Source: a bacterium
Lineage (GTDB): Bacteria > Patescibacteriota > Minisyncoccia > Phycocordibacterales > UBA5272
Assembly (NCBI GenBank): GCA_023267595.1
Contig: JAHFNB010000004.1
Coordinates: 182-64,181 of the forward strand
Reading direction: 5' to 3'
DNA: 64,000 nt
Position 1 is the stretch's first letter. Each line of letters opens with the position of its first letter. A program made the translations under genes and the position numbers. The notes under the pieces are model-generated. The model made no database searches. It worked only from the letters and a program-made list of their open reading frames with translations, and was not told where the DNA came from. This document shows positions 37,744-45,400 of this stretch, one piece after another.

Positions 37744-39795
37744 TTGCATATGTCAAGTAAAGATCATAGAAAACGAGAAGGAACATTTATATTAAAGGGC
37801 TTTATTCCTGCAGGTGATCAACCAAAAGCAATCAAAAGTCTTGTGGATGGATTACAGAAAGGAATAAAGCGACAAACACTTCTTGGTGCTACAGGCACAG
37901 GGAAGACTTTTACTATTGCAAATGTAATAGAGAAGATTCAAAAACCAACACTTGTTATTGCTCATAATAAAACACTTGCAGCCCAACTTGCACAAGAGTT
38001 TCGAACATTTTTCCCAGATGCTGCAGTGCACTATTTTGTATCGTATTATGACTACTACCAACCAGAAGCCTATATGCCAGTTACGGATACCTATATTGAA
38101 AAAGATGCACAGATCAATGAAGAGATAGATAGATTACGTCATGCATCTACCCAAGCGCTTCTTACACGAAAAGATGTGATCATTGTCGCATCAGTGTCAT
38201 GTATTTATGGTCTTGGTTCACCAGTTGATTATGAAAGAGAAAATATACGATTATCTGTCGGAGATTCTGTTTCAAAAGTAGGGCTTATGCAAAAGTTTGT
38301 AGGAATTTATTATGAGAGAACAAATGCGGATTTATCTCCAGGGACATTTCGTGCCCTTGGAAACAGAATAGATATTATGCCTATTTCTGAAACAATTATG
38401 CTTCAGTTAGAAATCGCAGGTGGAAAGATCTCTCATATGCAAGTTGTAGATCCTGTATCTATGAAACTTTTAAAAGAAGTGGAGAGTTATTTTATTTTTC
38501 CCGCAAAACATTTTATTTCAGATGTACCAACACGTGAGCGCGCCGTAAAAACAATTGAGCAAGAATTAAAAGAACAACTTGCATATTTTGATAAAGAAGG
38601 AAAAATATTGGAAGCAGAAAGACTTAAGCGTCGTACACGCTATGATATTGCCATGATTAAAGAAGTGGGATTTTGTCAGGGAATTGAAAATTATTCACGA
38701 CATTTATCTGGTAAAAAAGAAGGTGTAGCACCAGATACACTTCTTGAATATTTTCCACATAATGAAAAAGGAGAACCAGAGTTTTTGACTGTGATTGATG
38801 AGTCCCACGTAACTCTCCCACAATTACACGGCATGTATGCAGGAGACCAATCACGAAAGAAAACACTTGTAGAGTATGGCTTCAGACTTCCTTCTGCAAA
38901 GGATAATAGACCATTGCGTTATGAAGAATTTGAACAACGTGTGAGTGATGTTGTATACGTAAGTGCGACACCTGGTGATTATGAAAGAAAAGAATCTGAA
39001 CAAATTATAGAGCAGATTATTCGTCCGACAGGATTATTGGATCCAGTACTGGATGTACGCCGTGTTAGTGCTTCAGGAAATTATAAAGGGCAAGTGACAG
39101 ATTTTATAGGAGAAGTAGTAAAAGATGTAAAGTCAGGTGGACGAGTACTCGTGACAACACTTACCAAAAAAATGGCAGAAAATTTGGCAGAGTATTTGAA
39201 AGAACAAGGTGTAAAAGCAGAGTATGTACATAGTGATATAAAAACAATGGAACGTATTACTATTCTGACAAAGTTTAGACGTGGAGAATTTGATTGTTTG
39301 GTTGGAGTTAACTTACTTCGAGAAGGATTGGATTTACCAGAAGTGACACTTATTGGAATACTTGATGCTGATAAAGAGGGGTTTTTACGTAGTGAAACAT
39401 CACTGATTCAAACAATTGGGCGTGCTGCACGTAATTCAAAAGGTCGTGTAATTTTGTATGCAGATGTTATGACAGGTTCAATGGACCGAGCAATTAATGA
39501 AACAAATCGTAGACGCAAAATTCAAGAAGACTATAATAAAGAGCATAATATTACTCCAACAACAATTGAAAAAAATATTAAAGATATCACTGAAGAGTTA
39601 CAAAGTACACATGCAAAAGCAGTAAATGCTGAACTTGAAATTGATAAAAAATTATTTGCAAAAAATCCTGATAAGTTAATCAAGTTGAAAGAGAAAGCAA
39701 TGAAAGAAGCCGTAAAGATTCTTGATTTTGAAACAGCAGCAATATTACGTGATGAAATAGAAGTGTTGCAAGAAAAGTTACGTACTACACAATAG
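37744..39795 (+). CDS. uvrB: excinuclease ABC subunit B
   Basis: GDQPKAI, Walker A GATGTGKT, helicase motifs and the C-terminal UVR domain. Confidence 0.95.
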   Translation: MHMSSKDHRKREGTFILKGFIPAGDQPKAIKSLVDGLQKGIKRQTLLGATGTGKTFTIANVIEKIQKPTLVIAHNKTLAAQLAQEFRTFFPDAAVHYFVSYYDYYQPEAYMPVTDTYIEKDAQINEEIDRLRHASTQALLTRKDVIIVASVSCIYGLGSPVDYERENIRLSVGDSVSKVGLMQKFVGIYYERTNADLSPGTFRALGNRIDIMPISETIMLQLEIAGGKISHMQVVDPVSMKLLKEVESYFIFPAKHFISDVPTRERAVKTIEQELKEQLAYFDKEGKILEAERLKRRTRYDIAMIKEVGFCQGIENYSRHLSGKKEGVAPDTLLEYFPHNEKGEPEFLTVIDESHVTLPQLHGMYAGDQSRKKTLVEYGFRLPSAKDNRPLRYEEFEQRVSDVVYVSATPGDYERKESEQIIEQIIRPTGLLDPVLDVRRVSASGNYKGQVTDFIGEVVKDVKSGGRVLVTTLTKKMAENLAEYLKEQGVKAEYVHSDIKTMERITILTKFRRGEFDCLVGVNLLREGLDLPEVTLIGILDADKEGFLRSETSLIQTIGRAARNSKGRVILYADVMTGSMDRAINETNRRRKIQEDYNKEHNITPTTIEKNIKDITEELQSTHAKAVNAELEIDKKLFAKNPDKLIKLKEKAMKEAVKILDFETAAILRDEIEVLQEKLRTTQ

Positions 39796-39856
39796 TTGCA
39801 AGAATATAAGGTAGATGTAGAATGTAAAAGAGATAGGTACATTTAAGGAGATTTCT

Positions 39857-40195
39857 GTGCATAAGACAGGGTTTTTTGGTGAAGAAAAACTCAAGAAGGC
39901 GGCTAGTTTTTTTGGAGAAAAGGGATTTAATTTTGAAAAAACCTTTGGGACGGTAAAGATTGATTTTAGGCAGTTGTACATTATGCTTGGTACAACGCAA
40001 GAAGAATTTTCAAAGGTGTTTGGTATTCCCATTGAAACATTAAGAATGTTTGAAGAAAAAAAGAGGGGATTTCCAGATGAATTGCATGTTCTTCTCGTTA
40101 CTGCATATAATTCGAAAGATGTGGTATTGGCACGACAAGATATAATTATATACAGAACCAAGGTAGAAATTTTTGGAGAACAGTCACATACATAA
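39857..40195 (+). CDS. hypothetical protein with a possible HTH segment
   Basis: MLGTTQEEFSKVFGIPIETLRMFE resembles an XRE-type recognition helix; weak. Confidence 0.35.
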   Translation: MHKTGFFGEEKLKKAASFFGEKGFNFEKTFGTVKIDFRQLYIMLGTTQEEFSKVFGIPIETLRMFEEKKRGFPDELHVLLVTAYNSKDVVLARQDIIIYRTKVEIFGEQSHT

Positions 40196-40283
40196 GTGAC
40201 TGTTTTGTTTTCTTATTCATCACATAGTGATAATTTCGTCAAGTTTTTGCGTGTCCCTACATAAAAGCATATACTGAGCCCAT

Positions 40284-40817
40284 ATGAAGACATACATTTC
40301 CATACTCCTTGTTGTCTTGGGTCTTGGGGTGATTGTCTCTGGTGGATATCTCTATACAAAAAATAGTTCGAAACAAATATCGTCAACGGTGAAATATGAT
40401 ACTGTTCCAATGAAATTATATACATCATCTCTTACTCGTTTTCACGATGGCGATAAGAAAATTGACTACAGTTTTACTATTCCAGAGAATGCAACGGTAA
40501 TACCTGGCATGGATGGTGCTCTCACTAAGATTACTACTGCTACATCATCGTATGCAACAGTGTATGTAAGTTATGAAGGAGGCAGAGGATTTACCCCACT
40601 TGATTATATTAATGAAATTGTCGCACCACATGTATCTGTCATAAATCCAACAGGTGTTGTTACTATTGGAGATCGTGTGTGGCAAGTAGCAGAATCAGAA
40701 GGGAGTGAATGGCATATTGCACAAGTTGGAGATAATAAGTGGCTTTTCATTGTTGAGAATAAAAAGTTTAACCATAGTTTAGTGGAAAAGACTCTTGAGA
40801 GTGTAACGGTTAAATAG
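40284..40817 (+). CDS. N-terminally anchored or secreted hypothetical protein
   Basis: Hydrophobic N-terminal helix (ISILLVVLGLGVIVSGG) followed by a soluble region. Confidence 0.45.
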   Translation: MKTYISILLVVLGLGVIVSGGYLYTKNSSKQISSTVKYDTVPMKLYTSSLTRFHDGDKKIDYSFTIPENATVIPGMDGALTKITTATSSYATVYVSYEGGRGFTPLDYINEIVAPHVSVINPTGVVTIGDRVWQVAESEGSEWHIAQVGDNKWLFIVENKKFNHSLVEKTLESVTVK

Positions 40818-40905
40818 AGGTTATAGAGAAGAGAAAATAGGGAGAATACTAGCACCTGTTGAGTCTAATATACCCTCTCTATTCTTCTTTCTTAGATGCT
40901 AATTT

Positions 40906-40916
40906 TGTGGTATAAT
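40906..40916 (+). promoter_or_regulatory. extended -10 promoter TGgTATAAT for uvrA
   Basis: tgtggtataat read directly. It lies inside the ORF-track start of uvrA, which argues for the internal start at 40938. Confidence 0.45.
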
Positions 40917-40937
40917 CCATCAGTTAAGCCGTTATTT

Positions 40938-43556
40938 ATGTCTTTAAAGAAACAAGAATCACATAATAAACATTTAGAAAGTATCATTGTTCGTGGTGCG
41001 CGAACTCATAATCTCAAAAATATTACTGTTGAGATGCCGCGTCACACAATGATAGTTTTTACTGGTCTTTCAGGATCAGGGAAGTCATCTCTTGCATTTG
41101 ATACTATTTTTGCCGAAGGACAACGTCGTTATGTAGAATCTCTATCTGCATATGCACGTCAATTTTTGAATCAAATGCAAAAGCCAGATGTTGATGAAAT
41201 AGTTGGCCTTTCTCCTGCAATTTCAATAGATCAAAAATCTGCTGGAAGAAATCCTCGATCAACAGTTGCAACGATTACAGAAATATATGATTATCTCCGT
41301 GTGCTTTATGCACGTGTAGGTAAACCATATTGTGTAGATTGTGGAGCAAAAATACAAAAACTTTCTAATGAGGAAATCATTCATTTTATTTTAGATAAAG
41401 TAAAGGCAGTTGATTTTAAGAAAATAAAGAAAGAAATGCTTGGTGTGGAGTTCTCTCATGCAGAATTACATATTATGGCGCCACTTGTGCGTGGACGAAA
41501 AGGAGAGCATTATCAAATGCTTTATGACATGTTAGGAAAAGGGTACACCGAAGCAGTTGTAGATGGTGAGAGAAAATCTCTTCGTGAACAGATAGTACTT
41601 TCAAAGACTAAGAAACATGAGATTTCTATAATCGTGGACTCTATTGCGTTGGATGATTTTCGTTTAAAAGCAAATGAAAAAGATGCAATGATTCGTCTTT
41701 CAGAAGCAATTGAACGAGCATTACATGAATCAAATGGATTACTTGAAATAGAAATTTTAGGTGAGAAGACTATTATGAGTAATAAGTTTTCATGTGCAAA
41801 TTGTGGTTTTTCTTTTCCAGAAATTGAACCTCGTCTTTTTTCTTTTAACTCACCCTATGGTGCGTGTCCTACGTGTAATGGTCTTGGTACAAAATATTTT
41901 GGGGGATTAGATGCGTGTGATGATTGTCACGGGAAGCGTCTTAGACCAGAAGCACTTCATGTATATCTTGATGATAAAGAAAAAATAAATATTGTAGATA
42001 TTACTGCACTTTCTATTAAAGATGCGCAGGCATATTTTGCACGTATCCCTCTTACAAAAAAAGAACAAGAGATTGCGTCTGTGGTGATTAAAGAAATAGA
42101 GTCTCGTCTTATATTTATGCTTGATGTTGGACTTGATTATCTTTCACTTAACCGTAAAGCAGATACATTATCTGGTGGAGAAGCACAACGTATACGCCTT
42201 GCATCACAACTGGGATCAAAACTTGTAGGAGCACTCTATGTCCTTGATGAACCAACTATTGGTCTTCATCAACGTGATAATGATAGATTAATCAAGACAC
42301 TTCTTCATCTGCGTGACATGGGAAATACTATTATCATAGTAGAGCATGATGAAGATACTATTTATGCATCAGATTATATTGTTGATATTGGTCCAAAAGC
42401 AGGAGTACATGGAGGAGAAGTTGTTGTATCTGGATATTTAGATGAATTATTAACTGCTCCAAAAAATAAATCCGGCAGTGTAACACTTTCATACCTTCGT
42501 GGAGAAAAAGAGATACCTGTTCCTGCTCGTCGTGAACAAGATAAGGGAACTATTAGAATTACTGGTGGAAATATCTTTAATATTAAGGATATGAATGTAT
42601 CACTTCCACTTGGAAAATTAACGGCAATTACAGGAGTATCAGGATCTGGTAAGAGTTCATTTATGTATGAAATTTTACACAGAAATCTTCTCGCACGTTT
42701 AGAACGTCGTCATAGAAGTGCACAGGTACACAATGTGACTTCAATTACAGGAACTGAGTATCTTTCACGTGTGGTATTGATTGATCAAGGTGCAATTGGT
42801 CGCACACCACGTAGTAATCCTGCGACATACACTGGCGCATGGACTCATATTCGAGATTTATTTGCTGAATCTGAAGAAGCACGTATTCGTGGATGGAAGG
42901 CATCACGTTTTTCTTTCAATGTAAAAGGTGGACGATGTGAAGCATGTCAGGGAAATGGTGAAATTGCAGTAGAGATGCACTTTTTACCAACAGTGTATGT
43001 GCAGTGTGATGTATGTCAGGGAAAGCGATTCATGAAAGAGACACTTGAAGTGAAGTGGAAAGGAAAAAGTATTTACGATGTGTTACGTATGACTGTCGAA
43101 GAGTCACTTACTTTTTTCCAAGACATTCCTGCCGTTTATGATCGAGTAAAAACACTTGATGATGTAGGACTTGGATATCTTGAACTGGGACAATCTGCAA
43201 CGACACTCTCTGGTGGGGAAGCACAACGTGTAAAAATTTCTTCAGAACTTTATCGTCCTCATGTAGAAAAAACAATATATCTTTTAGATGAACCGTCTAT
43301 CGGGCTTCATTATGAAGATATAGCAAAGTTAATTGAGATATTAAATAAACTTGTTGATAAAGGAAATACGGTTGTACTTATTGAACACAATCTCGATATT
43401 GTAAAAAATGCGGACTATATTATCGATATTGGTCCTGAAGGTGGTGTAGGGGGTGGAAATATTGTTGCAACAGGTACTCCAGAGACAGTTGCAGGAAATG
43501 TAAAGTCGTATACTGGTCAGTATCTCAAAAAAGTTTTAAAGAAAAGTAAGAAATAG
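40938..43556 (+). CDS. uvrA: excinuclease ABC subunit A
   Basis: Two ABC ATPase modules (GLSGSGKSSLAFDT, LSGGEAQR x2) and the zinc-finger Cys pairs. Confidence 0.95.
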   Translation: MSLKKQESHNKHLESIIVRGARTHNLKNITVEMPRHTMIVFTGLSGSGKSSLAFDTIFAEGQRRYVESLSAYARQFLNQMQKPDVDEIVGLSPAISIDQKSAGRNPRSTVATITEIYDYLRVLYARVGKPYCVDCGAKIQKLSNEEIIHFILDKVKAVDFKKIKKEMLGVEFSHAELHIMAPLVRGRKGEHYQMLYDMLGKGYTEAVVDGERKSLREQIVLSKTKKHEISIIVDSIALDDFRLKANEKDAMIRLSEAIERALHESNGLLEIEILGEKTIMSNKFSCANCGFSFPEIEPRLFSFNSPYGACPTCNGLGTKYFGGLDACDDCHGKRLRPEALHVYLDDKEKINIVDITALSIKDAQAYFARIPLTKKEQEIASVVIKEIESRLIFMLDVGLDYLSLNRKADTLSGGEAQRIRLASQLGSKLVGALYVLDEPTIGLHQRDNDRLIKTLLHLRDMGNTIIIVEHDEDTIYASDYIVDIGPKAGVHGGEVVVSGYLDELLTAPKNKSGSVTLSYLRGEKEIPVPARREQDKGTIRITGGNIFNIKDMNVSLPLGKLTAITGVSGSGKSSFMYEILHRNLLARLERRHRSAQVHNVTSITGTEYLSRVVLIDQGAIGRTPRSNPATYTGAWTHIRDLFAESEEARIRGWKASRFSFNVKGGRCEACQGNGEIAVEMHFLPTVYVQCDVCQGKRFMKETLEVKWKGKSIYDVLRMTVEESLTFFQDIPAVYDRVKTLDDVGLGYLELGQSATTLSGGEAQRVKISSELYRPHVEKTIYLLDEPSIGLHYEDIAKLIEILNKLVDKGNTVVLIEHNLDIVKNADYIIDIGPEGGVGGGNIVATGTPETVAGNVKSYTGQYLKKVLKKSKK

Positions 43557-43574
43557 TTGTTTTGGTAATAAAAA

Positions 43575-43603
43575 AGGCGATGCCGTAGCATCGCCTTTCC
43601 TGC
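43575..43603 (+). terminator. hairpin aggcgatgc-cgta-gcatcgcct after uvrA
   Basis: 9-bp perfect stem preceded by an A-run, with a weak T-tract after. Confidence 0.5.
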
Positions 43604-43609
43604 AGTCTT

Positions 43610-43930
43610 TTATAACTGAGGGTTGTTTTGTCTTTCTGTACCCTCTTGTATTGGCACATACCCCCCGTAGTGCACCCTCGAGTGGCATGCCGGACGAGTA
43701 CTCTCAACCTTAGTACCATCAGGGAGTACCCGAACTTCGGGAGGCAAGGGTTTATCCGGCCTCTCGCAGTTTTGACAGTCGTGCCTTCCGTGCTTACACG
43801 GCATGATTCTCCTCCTCCTGTATCTGTTCAATTACATGTGGTACAAGACTCTCCACCCCAAGAGGTGATGGGTCATTTCTTGTTGGCCAAGGCCAACGAA
43901 GCCTTATGCCAAATGCTTGTGCAGATGTCG
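43610..43930. ncRNA. GC-rich structured non-coding island (candidate housekeeping or other structured RNA; identity unresolved). An alternative reading is a 64-aa Cys-rich ORF with a strong SD on the minus strand, 43610-43804.
   Basis: Marked GC enrichment over the flanks. Several local hairpins (ccgtg-ctta-cacgg, cccg-aactt-cggg) and a palindrome gttggcc-aa-ggccaac. The minus strand carries aggaggaggagaatcATG. Confidence 0.3.
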
Positions 43931-44061
43931 TAATAATGTGTTGAATATTCACAGTAAAACCTTTTTCTAGAACTTTTTTAAAGAACTTCTTCCCTTTTCA
44001 CATCTAGCAATTTGGTTGCCCATAAGTTGCCAAAGTGAGTATTTATAGTACAATACATTTT

Positions 44062-45276
44062 ATGAAAAAGCAAGCCTTGTCCACACTTTCACTCCCAGAT
44101 TTTCCGGGGGTCTATTTTTTTCGTGATAAAGAAGGGAATGTTTTATATATTGGAAAAGCAACATCACTTAAGGATAGAGTCAGAAGTTATTTCAATCCTG
44201 ATTTAATGAAACAACGTGGATTACGTCTTGTAACCATGGTAACGATTGCAGATACTGTTACCTATCAAAAAACAGAAAGTGTTCTCGAGGCATTACTTCT
44301 AGAAAGTAAATTTATCAAAGAATATAATCCACCATATAATGCAAAAGAAAAAGATAATAAAAGTTTTACCTGTGTTGTGATTACCAAAGAAAAGTTTCCA
44401 CGAGTATTAACCATGCGGATACGAGATTACGAGAAACGATTTTCTAAAAAAGATGTTTTGAAGGTATATGGTCCATTTGCTTCTCTTACCCAATTGCGAG
44501 AAGCAATGAAAATTATACGTAGAATGTTTCCTTATCGAGATAGATGTGAACTACATCAACTGAAGCCTTGTTTTAATGCACAGATACGATTATGCCCAGG
44601 AGTATGTGTTGGGTTAATTTCTGAAGTGGAATATAAAAGACATATAGACAATATTAAGAAATTATTTGAAGGTAAAAGGACAGAAATAAAGAAAAGCCTG
44701 GAAAAAGAAATGCAGGATTATGCAAAAAAACATTTATTTGAAAAGGCAGGAACCGTGAGAAATACACTCTTTGCACTTGATCATATAAAAGACATAGGAT
44801 TAATTAAAGAAGAGGATATATTGTCTTTTAAGAATAATGATTTTCGTATCGAAGGCTATGACGTGGCACATATTTCAGGAAGTTCTCGGGTAGGAGTAAT
44901 GACAGTTATTGTCGGTAGGGAAAAAGAAAAGGATGAGTATAGAAAGTTTAAACTTCCAGAACATATTAATGATGACTATGCAGGATTACGAGAAATACTC
45001 ATTCGTCGCTTTTCTCATAAAGAATGGCGTTATCCAGATCTTGTTGTTATAGATGGTGGTGTGGCACACAAACAAACTGCGGAAAAGGTTCTTGCACACT
45101 TAGGACTACTTATCCCTGTTGTTTCTGTAGTGAAAGATGAACGTCATAAACCAAAGGACATACTGGGAGATAAAGTACATGTGGATTACCATAAAAAGGA
45201 AATACTTTTATCAAATTCTGAGGCACATAGATTTGCTATTGGGTATCATAAAACATTACGAAATAAGGTCGTATAA
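44062..45276 (+). CDS. uvrC: excinuclease ABC subunit C, compact form lacking the C-terminal (HhH)2 domain
   Basis: GIY-YIG (GVYFFRDKEGNVLYIGKATSLKDRVRSYF), a UVR-like segment, and the EAHRFAIGYHKTLR endonuclease motif at the extreme C-terminus. Confidence 0.8.
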   Translation: MKKQALSTLSLPDFPGVYFFRDKEGNVLYIGKATSLKDRVRSYFNPDLMKQRGLRLVTMVTIADTVTYQKTESVLEALLLESKFIKEYNPPYNAKEKDNKSFTCVVITKEKFPRVLTMRIRDYEKRFSKKDVLKVYGPFASLTQLREAMKIIRRMFPYRDRCELHQLKPCFNAQIRLCPGVCVGLISEVEYKRHIDNIKKLFEGKRTEIKKSLEKEMQDYAKKHLFEKAGTVRNTLFALDHIKDIGLIKEEDILSFKNNDFRIEGYDVAHISGSSRVGVMTVIVGREKEKDEYRKFKLPEHINDDYAGLREILIRRFSHKEWRYPDLVVIDGGVAHKQTAEKVLAHLGLLIPVVSVVKDERHKPKDILGDKVHVDYHKKEILLSNSEAHRFAIGYHKTLRNKVV

Positions 45277-45400
45277 TCGCATGCGATAAGTCATGTCAAG
45301 GTTTACTCTTGACATGGTAGTGAAAGACAAAAAAGATGGCTTTTACTTGATTTATATATACACTGGATATATTAATCAAATGTAATTTATAAGGCCTGCT

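Noticed and set aside
40896-40937. uvrA start at the ORF-track position 40896
   Set aside because: This segment contains the extended -10 element TGgTATAAT; the conserved UvrA N-terminus begins at the ATG at 40938.
43610-43930. tmRNA or 5S rRNA identity for the GC-rich island
   Set aside because: There is no GGTTCGA-type T-arm or CCA-proximal acceptor for tmRNA. The 5S-like GAUGGUA/GAGAGUA strings are separated by only 6 nt instead of a helix IV/loop D, and the overall order of elements does not fit. It is left as an unidentified element.
43628-43933. 101-aa + strand ORF in the GC-rich island
   Set aside because: No start context and a proline/valine-rich composition consistent with frame-reading through GC-rich structured sequence; probably not coding.
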